Below, piece after piece: positions 38,891 to 48,495 of a DNA stretch of 57,600 nt. Under the pieces are notes generated by a model. It was not told where the DNA came from and did no database searches. It saw only the letters and a list, made by a program, of their open reading frames with translations. Position numbers and translations under genes: made by a program. Source of the stretch: Promethearchaeota archaeon (GTDB lineage: Archaea; Asgardarchaeota; Lokiarchaeia; Sigyniarchaeales; SOKP01). The stretch lies in assembly GCA_013375475.1 (NCBI GenBank), contig JABXKD010000009.1:1-57600 (forward strand), read 5' to 3'. Each line of letters begins with the position of its first letter. Within the stretch, counting starts at the first letter, position 1.

Positions 38891-40930
38891 TTGTTTAAAG
38901 AAATGATATCCGTTTTGGAAAAGATAATTGATGAATTTGAAAGCAAGAAATTTATAGAGAAAAACAATAATCGAGATCGAGGTGTAATTTACACACCTCA
39001 ACCGATTGCAGACTTTATGGTAAGAAATACTTTTAAATTTTTTTTTGGCAAATTTCCTGAGATCCAAAAAATCTTCCAAAAAAACTGTGATAGCAAAATT
39101 CTAAAAGAAATTTTCGTAGAAAATAAAAATATTAAATGCAGGTTTGAGACTAAAATTAGAAATATTAAAGTATTAGATCCCGCCTGTGGAACAGGACGAT
39201 TTTTGATTGCAGCTGCTAAATTTCTTTTCAAGATTTATAAAGCACTTGATTTAAAGAGCTCAGATCAAAAAATAAAAAGAAAAATAATTCAAAATCATCT
39301 CTATGGAATCGAAATCGATGAATCGGCATATCTAATATCAAAAATAAGGTTGATATCATGGATTTATTCTGATATTGATGCTTCTATTTTGGATGAATCC
39401 ATTGATATCAATTCAGACTTTGGTAAAATAAAAGAGTTTGTCAATAATTCTGATGTGAAATTTAACATATGTAATATTGATTATCTTCTACAATTTAATT
39501 CAACGGATTTTGATATTATAATTGGAAACCCTCCCTATGTCGAGAATAAGAAGATATTAGATTTAGAATTTAAACAGAAAATAAAAAAAAAATTTGAATC
39601 TGCTTACGGTTTATACGATCTTAGCATTGTTTTCATTGAGAAATCAATTGAACTGTTAAAAAATGGCGTTGGATGCTTATCCTTTATAACTACTAACAAA
39701 TTTCTATCAGCCGATTACGGTCTGAAAATCAGAGAATTGATGATTCGAAAAACAGAACTTAAAGAGATCATAAATATCTCATCTTTACCGATTTTTCATA
39801 AAACAGCAGCTTATCCTGTAATAATATCTTTTAAAAAAAGGACGAGCACTAAAAATACAATTATCATAAAAAACTTTGAGATTATGGAGGATTTTGAGCA
39901 ATTTCATGATGAAAGAATAATAGTATATAACCAAAATTCAATTAAAAACCTTCCTTCAGCTGTAATACCGATATCACAAAGTGTAAAATTGGTTAATCAA
40001 TTGTATACCAATTTTAAACCTATGAAAAGTGTAATAAAAGATTTAAAAATTCTTTATCGTCCTTTTGGATTTATTAACTGGGCAGAAAATTTCAAAAATA
40101 TCTCTAAAAACAAGACGTCTAATAAAGATTTATTATTAATCGGGACTGGAAATGTTGGTAGGTTTTATATTGATTACAAAAAACATATTAAAATTGCGAA
40201 AAAAAATCAAGAAATAACCTATTTTAGATTCCAATCCAAATACAAAGATGTTTGGGACAAACTTGGCAATGAAAAAATTATCTTCAGGGAAATTGCTAAA
40301 GATATTACTTGTGTATATGATCCTGGTGTCTATGTTAATTTAACTGGCTTATATTTTTTGAATGTGCCATCTTTTAAAACAGACGATTATTTCTGTTTAC
40401 TAACGATACTCAATTCAGCTTTAATTGATTTGGTTTTTAAGACTTTATACGGAACTCTACACATGTCTGGGGGGTACCTAAGGTTTAATGGAAGTTTTAT
40501 AAAAAATATTCCACTGCCAAATAAATTTCCTCTAACTCTCTCATATATAGGTAAGGTACTCCAATTCTTATATCAGCTAAAATATGAAACTCTGCAAGGA
40601 TCAAATTTTCAGTTAGAAAATAATACAAAATTAAAAGATATTCTTAATCATCTCAACTTTTATGAGAAGTTATCTAACTCATTAGTAAATCAACTATATT
40701 TACATTTAGAGCATTATGATGAACTGAATAAGCTTCTTTATAGTTCTAATCTATTCCCTAATGTTGAATTTAAATTTATGAATTCTTTATATGAATTACC
40801 TAGTTATATTGTTTATGAAAAAAGAGAAGTAGAAGAAATATTAAATCATATCAATAAGTCCATTAATTTATTAAGTGAAAATTCAAAATTAATTAAACAA
40901 ATGAATAAAATCTTAACAAGACAATTATAA
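38891..40930 (+). CDS. N6-adenine DNA methyltransferase (gamma class, Eco57I/TaqI-like) with TaqI-C-like target recognition domain
   Basis: YTP, VLDPACGTGRF, LYGIEID, IIGNPPY, ILNS..GGYLRF..IKNIPLP; start may be ATG 38903. Confidence 0.88.
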   Translation: MFKEMISVLEKIIDEFESKKFIEKNNNRDRGVIYTPQPIADFMVRNTFKFFFGKFPEIQKIFQKNCDSKILKEIFVENKNIKCRFETKIRNIKVLDPACGTGRFLIAAAKFLFKIYKALDLKSSDQKIKRKIIQNHLYGIEIDESAYLISKIRLISWIYSDIDASILDESIDINSDFGKIKEFVNNSDVKFNICNIDYLLQFNSTDFDIIIGNPPYVENKKILDLEFKQKIKKKFESAYGLYDLSIVFIEKSIELLKNGVGCLSFITTNKFLSADYGLKIRELMIRKTELKEIINISSLPIFHKTAAYPVIISFKKRTSTKNTIIIKNFEIMEDFEQFHDERIIVYNQNSIKNLPSAVIPISQSVKLVNQLYTNFKPMKSVIKDLKILYRPFGFINWAENFKNISKNKTSNKDLLLIGTGNVGRFYIDYKKHIKIAKKNQEITYFRFQSKYKDVWDKLGNEKIIFREIAKDITCVYDPGVYVNLTGLYFLNVPSFKTDDYFCLLTILNSALIDLVFKTLYGTLHMSGGYLRFNGSFIKNIPLPNKFPLTLSYIGKVLQFLYQLKYETLQGSNFQLENNTKLKDILNHLNFYEKLSNSLVNQLYLHLEHYDELNKLLYSSNLFPNVEFKFMNSLYELPSYIVYEKREVEEILNHINKSINLLSENSKLIKQMNKILTRQL

Positions 40931-41112
40931 TTTCTAAAAGAAAAAAGTAAAGAAAATTAATTACGAAATTAGGTAGAAAAACTTAATTAAATGTATTTGT
41001 TCCGATGAATTTAATTTTTAAATAAAATATCCATCAAAAAAAATAATAAAATCTAAATTTTATAGTAACAATTTTATTTTATAATATTTTTAAAAATTAA
41101 ATAATATTAATC

Positions 41113-41439
41113 GTGAAATCAATGGCTAAAAAAAAGAAAGTACCAGATGAAACTGAAGTGGAAGACGTTCCCCTTGGAAAAGTAGATGACGATGGTGACG
41201 AGATTCTTGACTTGTATGATGAACAGGATAATTTAGAAGAGGATCTTGATTACGATTTGAGCGAAATTGATGATGATATGTTAGCGGACGAAACAGAAGA
41301 CGAAGAATTCGGAATGGAAGTTGACGATGTCGTAAAAATGTTAAGAGGAGTTAAATGCGATCCATGCCCTGGTTTAAAAAGTAAACCTGGTTGCCAAATT
41401 GCTCATGACCATGGTTGCCCAAAACCCAAAAAGCCATAA
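41113..41439 (+). CDS. Highly acidic small protein with C-terminal Cys/His cluster
   Basis: KKKK N-terminus, 32 D/E in residues 12-72, CDPC-x8-C-x3-HxHxC; probable start ATG 41122. Confidence 0.75.
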   Translation: MKSMAKKKKVPDETEVEDVPLGKVDDDGDEILDLYDEQDNLEEDLDYDLSEIDDDMLADETEDEEFGMEVDDVVKMLRGVKCDPCPGLKSKPGCQIAHDHGCPKPKKP

Positions 41440-41519
41440 TTAAATAAATTTATTTCCTTTTATTTTTTTATTCAATTTTACAACATTTCACCTTAAGAAA
41501 TAACAGTTAGGGATAATCT

Positions 41520-42521
41520 ATGCTTACTAAAATTCACAAACGTATTATCCTAATCATTTTTGCTCTTATTATTAGTGCGTATATATGGAATGTTAATGCT
41601 TCATGGGGAAATACCTTTAACACTTGCCTGATTTTATCAACCACAACGTTTTTAATCATTTACACTCCGTTTGAGATATACTGGAGTTTTAGGGATATTT
41701 ATTTTGATAGATGGGCGCCTACTAAATTCAAAAACATGAAGACTACTAAAATAAATATCAAGGTTGGTAAAAACAGAAAAGGAAAAAGTAAATACATTGT
41801 AGGACTTTTAATTTCTTTAAGTAATAAAGAACTCGTTGAATCCAAAAGCTCCCTAGTCGTTATTTGTCATGGATTTTCAGATTCAAAAGAAACGCTACAA
41901 TATTTCTATATTCCACTCGCTCTTCAGGGACATACAATATTAGTTTATGATGCACGAGGAACTGGAGAATCGAAAAAAGTTGGAAGAAGAAGTCAGTTCT
42001 TAAAACGAATAGAAGATTTTGAAAAAATTATAGAATGGATTAAGGTTCATGACCAACTTAAAGATTATGATCTAATTACTGTTGGGTTCAGTATCGGGGC
42101 TATAACTGTTTTGTGTGGGGGTTTTTCGAATAAGGATATTAAAAAAATTATTGCAGTTTCTTCAATGTCAAATTACAAGCAAAACCTACCAAAGTATAAT
42201 CCAATCATTATGTTTAGCTATTTCCTAAAAGGAGTCAAATTATTTCCAAATAAAGTAGAAAATTATAAGTTGTCTCCTTATTCTGTAATAAAAAACTCTA
42301 AACGACAGCTTTCAGAAAATGTTTGGCGAGAATTCTCTAAAAGAGTATTCCTCATCCACGCAAAAAATGATAGGATCATACATTTTAAAAATTTCCAAGA
42401 AAACGTTGAGCTCCTTAATTTATCAGAACAAAATACACTAGTTTTAAATAGTGGTGGCCATACTCAGAAAAAAAATGAATTATTGTTGGTTGCAAGCTCT
42501 CTAAAGTTTTTAGAATCTTAA
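41520..42521 (+). CDS. Membrane-anchored alpha/beta hydrolase
   Basis: Two N-terminal hydrophobic helices; CHGF, YDARGTGES, GFSIG, D..I, GGH. Confidence 0.85.
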   Translation: MLTKIHKRIILIIFALIISAYIWNVNASWGNTFNTCLILSTTTFLIIYTPFEIYWSFRDIYFDRWAPTKFKNMKTTKINIKVGKNRKGKSKYIVGLLISLSNKELVESKSSLVVICHGFSDSKETLQYFYIPLALQGHTILVYDARGTGESKKVGRRSQFLKRIEDFEKIIEWIKVHDQLKDYDLITVGFSIGAITVLCGGFSNKDIKKIIAVSSMSNYKQNLPKYNPIIMFSYFLKGVKLFPNKVENYKLSPYSVIKNSKRQLSENVWREFSKRVFLIHAKNDRIIHFKNFQENVELLNLSEQNTLVLNSGGHTQKKNELLLVASSLKFLES

Positions 42522-42605
42522 TTGCATCCCTTAATTATATTTATTAAATGTTCACTTTAAATAATTTATTTTTAAAATACTCCTAATAGTGTAGAGTGAT
42601 TTTTA

Positions 42606-42800
42606 ATGATTAAATGCCCAATTTGTAAAGATGAAATAAACCTCCAAAATTTAAATAAACACTATAAAATTACTTTAGGTGATATTATAAACGGTAAATT
42701 TTGGGGTAAGAATACATTATACTATCATAAAAATTGCTTATGTAGCAAAGATCTTTATGAAAAACGGATTATATCACCCCCAATCCAGAATAAATTTTAG
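42606..42800 (+). CDS. Small CxxC...HxxC zinc-finger protein
   Basis: KCPICKDEI ... YYHKNCL; GAGTGA SD-like upstream. Confidence 0.7.
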   Translation: MIKCPICKDEINLQNLNKHYKITLGDIINGKFWGKNTLYYHKNCLCSKDLYEKRIISPPIQNKF

Positions 42801-42807
42801 GCGTTTT

Positions 42808-44250
42808 CTAAACCCTCCCCCAATCTGAAAACTCCATGATTTTATTATAATTTTCGATTATACTTTTAAAGATTACTGAACCTAAACAAAATGCATTAAT
42901 AAAATCTTCAAATTTTAGCTCTAAGAGTTTGCTGTTTTCTTCCGAAAAACCTACACCGCGTTTAACTTCTATTTTGCCGTCATATCCAGATAGATTCACA
43001 ACAAATTCCTGTTTTTCCAATCCTTTAGTATAAATACCTCTTGCAATCCTAGCTAAACCTCCAATCGGGACGATTTTATCATTAATTTGAGCTAGATAAA
43101 TTCGCAAATCGAATGTGTGTTTATTATTTTCCCAATTAATTAGTGAGAAATCTGCTTTCTCTTGAATTGTGTATGGAAATGGTTCTCGGCTTCTGGAAAA
43201 TTTATTATAAAATTCTTTTTTACTTTCCTCAATAATTTTTATAATTCCTTCAGATTTTTCTCCTTTAAATATCGGAATTACTCCTGCACCCCCAGATCCC
43301 CCGCTAGGTTTTATTATAAAAGACTTTTTATTCTTTTTTATTAATTTTTTTACTTTGTGATTTAAATCTTGTTCATCGTAGGCTTTAGTGAATATTAAAT
43401 ACTTTAAATTATACTTTTTAAGCACATTTTTGCTCAAAAAACTGGCAACATATGTGAGAGATTTATCGTCAGTAATTTTAAAAATTGGATTAACAATTAT
43501 GGTGTTAATTCGACGAAAATCTTTACTAATTAGTTCATCAAATTTTTTATCATTAAGACGCCTTGCTATTCCATCTCCTATTAAAACATGCACTCTTTCG
43601 CCTTGATACCAAAACCAACCATTAGAAAAAGATAAGATCTGACTTAATTGTTTGTAATCAGATATTATAAACACAACTTTCGCTTCATGCTCCTTATTAT
43701 AATTCTCTGAATTAAAAATTTTTAGGGTATATCCCCGAAATTTAATTTTTTTTCTCAAATATTCAACCATAATTACTTTTTCGTGAATTAATCCGTCATT
43801 AAAGGGGACACCTACTAACACTAGGATTTTTTCATTTTCTTCTTTAGACTTTGCGATAGCCTGAGATATTGATTCGTAATAGCCATCATATAATATTGCT
43901 TGTTGCTTTTTCGTGAGTATGGATAAACCCCGATTTGAACCGCCATTCGTTTCGAGCAGGAAGAATTCCTTGTTTTCAGGGTTATTACTTACCATAAAAT
44001 CTACGCTTCCCGCATAAAACGAGTAATTATTACTTACGATATTATCGTTACTCTTAGCAAGCCTCTTTAATGCCTCATTTCTTACACGATCAATAAATTC
44101 ATCATCTTGGGAATCACGAAGTTTTGAAAAAGATATTAAATCTAAACCTAATGATCTCCCCAAGGGAACTAATTCTAAATCAGACTCGGATATCTCTTTT
44201 GACATTAATTTTAGGAATTTGGTTAATAAATTCTCTTCCAAATATATCAC
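42808..44250 (-). CDS. ATP-grasp ligase, circularly permuted (YheC/D- or TTL-like motifs)
   Basis: DDK, FIIKPSGGSGGAGV, YTIQE, FDLRIY, VVNLS; the D..ExN metal-binding segment (SVDF...LLETN) lies at the N-terminus. Confidence 0.75.
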   Translation of the reverse strand: MIYLEENLLTKFLKLMSKEISESDLELVPLGRSLGLDLISFSKLRDSQDDEFIDRVRNEALKRLAKSNDNIVSNNYSFYAGSVDFMVSNNPENKEFFLLETNGGSNRGLSILTKKQQAILYDGYYESISQAIAKSKEENEKILVLVGVPFNDGLIHEKVIMVEYLRKKIKFRGYTLKIFNSENYNKEHEAKVVFIISDYKQLSQILSFSNGWFWYQGERVHVLIGDGIARRLNDKKFDELISKDFRRINTIIVNPIFKITDDKSLTYVASFLSKNVLKKYNLKYLIFTKAYDEQDLNHKVKKLIKKNKKSFIIKPSGGSGGAGVIPIFKGEKSEGIIKIIEESKKEFYNKFSRSREPFPYTIQEKADFSLINWENNKHTFDLRIYLAQINDKIVPIGGLARIARGIYTKGLEKQEFVVNLSGYDGKIEVKRGVGFSEENSKLLELKFEDFINAFCLGSVIFKSIIENYNKIMEFSDWGRV

Positions 44251-44319
44251 TACTATGTGATTTTAAAAAGTGATTTGTCTAATTTCAAATTAATATAATT
44301 ATCTATTAGAAGCTAATAA

Positions 44320-45525
44320 TTATAAATATAGATATCCTTGGTGATTCCCTTTAATGCTTAACCTTAGACTTCCAAGCAAAATTTTTTTCACTTTGCTTTG
44401 TTCCTTGAAATTTAAATCGGAAAACAATAAAATGTAGTTCTTTTCAAGATTTATTACGAATAAGAGACCAATTCTTATGAGCTTAGAATCTTCTGTAAGT
44501 AAAGCAATAATTACATAGTGATAAGGGAGAGTAATTAGATTTCTAATATCAATATCTGATTCAATAATTTTATCTTCCTCAAGATCATAACCCGCTTTTA
44601 TGAATTTAATGTCATCTAGAGGTATTGAAATTTTTCTGAAATTTTCTAAAACCTTAGCAAACTGACTTTGGCGTAAAAATCTTCTTTCTTCTTTATCCTT
44701 ATCGTAGAAGTAGTTATTCTGTTCTTTTAAAAATAATATTTTTCTCTTCTTCGATTTAGATGCGTTTTTTTCAATTGCTTCTAATTCTTCGATACTATCG
44801 TCATGAAATACAATCAAGATATCAGGATCTACAGTATCTATAAAAAAATTCTTATATATAATTCCCGCTTCTGTTCTTATCCATCCATCACTATCGATGA
44901 GAATAATATCCGAATCTTTATGCGTCGATTGGAAATTGTTAATTAGGTCGTTACATGAGTGTGATACAATAAATTTGAAATTAGCTTTTGGGAAGGTACT
45001 ACCAATAAAAATGGTATCTTCAGTTTTAATATCAGCGCTTGAAACTATGTTTTCTTTTATTTCCCCTATATTAAGCGTTGTTGGAAGGTATAATAGTTGC
45101 TGTCCTAAATCCGAATCTAAAAATGATGCTTTAAATCCTTCATTGAATAGATTATTAGCTAAATATTTTATAAGAGTAGTTTTGCCACTACTTAATCCTA
45201 AAACCATTAGTTTTATTGGTTTTTTTTCTTCATTTTTGCGAATGATACCGATAACAGTATCCTTAATTTTAATCCATTCTTTACTGATCGTGTTTTCTTC
45301 GACAATTTGTATATTATCCTTGTTACTTGTGATAATCTCAAGTTTCGATGGTTCCAAAGCATATAATGGATAATTATTCGCACTTGGTATTATTATTGTG
45401 CTCTCAAGTTCATTCTTTTCTGGTACAAACACTTTACCAAAAACTTCTATCTTTCCTTCTAACAATCTAACCCTAGATGGACCTTTTACTAAGAGCGTGT
45501 GTTCCGTTTGCACTTCTTGTATCAT
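44320..45525 (-). CDS. Clp1/Grc3/Nol9 family polynucleotide 5'-hydroxyl kinase-like protein
   Basis: TLLVKGPS..LLEG N-domain, SGKTT, DSDLGQ, IDSDGW, ERRFLR lid. Confidence 0.85.
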   Translation of the reverse strand: MIQEVQTEHTLLVKGPSRVRLLEGKIEVFGKVFVPEKNELESTIIIPSANNYPLYALEPSKLEIITSNKDNIQIVEENTISKEWIKIKDTVIGIIRKNEEKKPIKLMVLGLSSGKTTLIKYLANNLFNEGFKASFLDSDLGQQLLYLPTTLNIGEIKENIVSSADIKTEDTIFIGSTFPKANFKFIVSHSCNDLINNFQSTHKDSDIILIDSDGWIRTEAGIIYKNFFIDTVDPDILIVFHDDSIEELEAIEKNASKSKKRKILFLKEQNNYFYDKDKEERRFLRQSQFAKVLENFRKISIPLDDIKFIKAGYDLEEDKIIESDIDIRNLITLPYHYVIIALLTEDSKLIRIGLLFVINLEKNYILLFSDLNFKEQSKVKKILLGSLRLSIKGNHQGYLYL

Positions 45526-45645
45526 GTATTCCTCAAATCATCGTTTATAAAAAATAATAACTATTATTTCTCTTACATTTATACTTATTATCTAAAAGAA
45601 TTATAGTTTTTCTTTCAATTCTGTTATTTTTATTTATAAAATGAT

Positions 45646-46176
45646 CTACTCCTTAAATTCTTTATAACATGGGATACACATAATTTTACCTTGATAATTC
45701 ATCATCCGGCTATCCATTGTAAGTTCGCCACATATACTGCAAGGTACTGATTCCTCTATCTGAGCCATCCCAGGAGGATCATAATCAATATTTCTAATGT
45801 CAAAAACATCTTCAGGTTTCATACTAAGAAGTTTCTGAATTTTCTCGTCTCTTGAAAGCTTTTTATCTAAAATAGTTTTTTTTAGAGATAACCTTATTCC
45901 TTTTTGATTTTTTCTACTATAGATCTTGTAATTGCTTTTACCATAATCCTTATGAATAAAATTACCCTTACCGTACGTTGTACCTAATATAGCTTGAAGT
46001 GCATCAACGCTGCAATTATCAGTTTCAACAACCGCTACTAGTTCTTCGTCAGGAGAGTGCTCAAAACCATGTTCTATAGCGTATTTCGCGACTAATACGC
46101 CAATTGCTATTCCTGGACATATGTGTCCATGAAATATGGTTGCTTTCTTCATCAACTCTCTTATTTCCACTATCAA
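45646..46176 (-). CDS. FmdE family protein with C-terminal C4 zinc finger
   Basis: FHGHICPG, ETDNCSVDALQ, T.GKGN, CSICGE..CIPC. Confidence 0.9.
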   Translation of the reverse strand: MIVEIRELMKKATIFHGHICPGIAIGVLVAKYAIEHGFEHSPDEELVAVVETDNCSVDALQAILGTTYGKGNFIHKDYGKSNYKIYSRKNQKGIRLSLKKTILDKKLSRDEKIQKLLSMKPEDVFDIRNIDYDPPGMAQIEESVPCSICGELTMDSRMMNYQGKIMCIPCYKEFKE

Positions 46177-46254
46177 TCAGCTCATTGTTTAAGATTTAAT
46201 AAAAATATCAAATATATTAATTTTTTTAATGACTTAAATATAATTATAATAATT

Positions 46255-46746
46255 ATGAAATTTCTTACGGATGCTATGTTAGGAAAACTCACGCGGTTCC
46301 TAAGAATCTTTGGTTACGATACTATATATGCTAACGATCTACTAGATTTTTATTGCGAAAATCCCGTCCAAGACAAAAATCTGAAAGAATATGCACTTTT
46401 GAGCAACAGATTAGTAATAACGAAAGATTTGCCATTCTATAATGAAATTAGGGAAAAAGCCATTTTACTAGAAGGTAAAGGCGTTTATAATTACTTAGAT
46501 CAACTTAAACGAATGTTAAATTTAGTTTATGATTTTGACATAGAAAAAGCAAGATGTTCTGTCTGTAATTCAATGTTAGTGAAGATTAATGATAAGAATT
46601 CAATTAAAGAATTAGTTAAACACGAAACTTTTAAGAATTATGACGAATTTTTTCAATGCAATAATCCAAGTTGCCAGAAAGTATTCTGGAATGGGCCACA
46701 TATAGCTGACATCAATGAAAAACTGAGAGATGAGGTAAATTACTAA
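46255..46746 (+). CDS. Mut7-C RNase (PIN-like, DUF82) domain protein
   Basis: KFLTDAMLGKLTRFLRIFGYDT, ITKD, RCSVCN, C..C.KVFW.GPH; start reset to ATG 46255. Confidence 0.9.
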   Translation: MKFLTDAMLGKLTRFLRIFGYDTIYANDLLDFYCENPVQDKNLKEYALLSNRLVITKDLPFYNEIREKAILLEGKGVYNYLDQLKRMLNLVYDFDIEKARCSVCNSMLVKINDKNSIKELVKHETFKNYDEFFQCNNPSCQKVFWNGPHIADINEKLRDEVNY

Positions 46747-46979
46747 GTATTACTATTTTTAAAATGGGTTTTTTTAATATCTTCAAATTTTAGTTTTACT
46801 TTCTCTGCTTCCTCTTTTGCTCCCCCTTTTTCAAACATTCCATGTGCTTGAGAGAGCAATTCGAGACATTTTTTATATTCCCTATTCTTAAAATGATTTT
46901 CTGAAAGTTCAACTAAGTAATGCCCTTTTTTAACATAGAATTCAATGAACTGCGCAGATGTATCTATTTTTCTACTCAT
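46743..46979 (-). CDS. Hypothetical helical (TPR-like) small protein
   Basis: 78 aa; F...EYKKCLELLSQA..MF helix-pair pattern. Confidence 0.6.
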   Translation of the reverse strand: MSRKIDTSAQFIEFYVKKGHYLVELSENHFKNREYKKCLELLSQAHGMFEKGGAKEEAEKVKLKFEDIKKTHFKNSNT

Positions 46980-47049
46980 TTTTAATAAAATGCATTTTTT
47001 TTAGTATATCTATTTAATAAAGCTAAAGTAATTAAAAATTTGTATTAAC

Positions 47050-48480
47050 CTAATTTTCCTCTATACGACGGAAATTTTCCATATCAACAACTTTTGCTTG
47101 CAAACGTGATTCATTAGCTGCAAAAGCCATAAGATGGCTTTCTAAAGTTTCAAAAGCGTTTGTTAAAGGTTTAGTTTTGCTCTTATGAAGCGTATCTAAA
47201 AAAGCATCAATTAAAGCAACATCACCTCCACCATGAGCAGAACCTTCAATTGTTAATTTTTCAGAAAAAATTACTTCCTTAGTACCGGAAAAATGATCAA
47301 ACAATGTAATTTTTTGACCTGAATCAAAAAATTTACCTATAAGTGTGGCTTTGGTACCATCAATTCTTAGAGTTCGCCCCTCCCGTTCACTAAATCCGTG
47401 CATAGTTAAATTAGCTGTCACACTATTCTCAAATTCGATATTAACGACTTGATGGTCAACTACATTGTTATCGCACTTATAAACGCATCTTCCATAAGGA
47501 CTTGTTTTAAGAATTTCCATTTTCGTTTCATCGGAATAGTTTTCGATAACTTCTTCAGGGCGTCCAGAATAAAGCGGTTCCACTGGCCATCCTTTCCAAT
47601 ATCGCAATCGTTCTAAAAGTTTAATTACCTTACTTAAAGTAGTTAATAATCTTACGTGATTTTTTCTTAAACTAGCTAGAACTTTTAGCCCAAATTGATC
47701 TGTTTTTTCTAATATTTGGATTATAGGAATAATATCGATATATATTCTTGGAGCGTAGTACAAACAGGTTTGTTCTATAGGACATCCTTCTACACAGTAC
47801 TTTGGAGAATTTTTAGGCGCATTGGAAGGTGTAAAATGCTTTAAACTTCCGAAGGAACTTATCTTTTTTGGTTTATCTCCAACCATCCAAAAAAGTAAAT
47901 CTAAATCATGACAGCATTTTGCAAGTATCATCGGAGATGATAAATTTACATTTCTCCAGTTTCCCCTAACAAAACTGTGTGCCATGTGGTACCAGCTCAC
48001 ATTTTCTCGATGAGATATATTTACAATGTTTCCTAATAATCCTTTTTCAATAGTCTCTTTTACTGTTAAAAAGAAGTTTGTATACCTTAAAACATGGCCA
48101 ATTCCTAATATCCTACCTGTTTCTTCGACTTTATTGACAATCTTAGTGCAGCCCTCAAGAGTATGTGCCATGGGTTTTTCCAAAAGAACATTATACCCTT
48201 TATCAAGGGCTTTCAGAGAAGGTTCAACATGCAATTGGTCTTGGGTGCAAACGAAAACAACATCAGCGAATTTTTCTTCACCCAGAACCTCTTCCCAGCT
48301 GTTATACATTTGTTCTAAAGGTATATTATGAAGTCGGACGAATTTTTCCCTCCTAAATTGAATAGGTTCGGCTACAGCTACAAATCTTAGTTTATTAGGA
48401 AATTTGAGAGCGTAATTACCATATGCATCCATCCCTCTATTACCAGCACCTATTAAAATCGCTGTAATTACATTTCCCAT
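47050..48480 (-). CDS. Gfo/Idh/MocA family oxidoreductase
   Basis: IGAGNRG, LLEKPMA, HSFVRGNW, KCCHDLD, HGGGD. Confidence 0.92.
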   Translation of the reverse strand: MGNVITAILIGAGNRGMDAYGNYALKFPNKLRFVAVAEPIQFRREKFVRLHNIPLEQMYNSWEEVLGEEKFADVVFVCTQDQLHVEPSLKALDKGYNVLLEKPMAHTLEGCTKIVNKVEETGRILGIGHVLRYTNFFLTVKETIEKGLLGNIVNISHRENVSWYHMAHSFVRGNWRNVNLSSPMILAKCCHDLDLLFWMVGDKPKKISSFGSLKHFTPSNAPKNSPKYCVEGCPIEQTCLYYAPRIYIDIIPIIQILEKTDQFGLKVLASLRKNHVRLLTTLSKVIKLLERLRYWKGWPVEPLYSGRPEEVIENYSDETKMEILKTSPYGRCVYKCDNNVVDHQVVNIEFENSVTANLTMHGFSEREGRTLRIDGTKATLIGKFFDSGQKITLFDHFSGTKEVIFSEKLTIEGSAHGGGDVALIDAFLDTLHKSKTKPLTNAFETLESHLMAFAANESRLQAKVVDMENFRRIEEN

Positions 48481-48495
48481 TTCTAATTCAATCCT

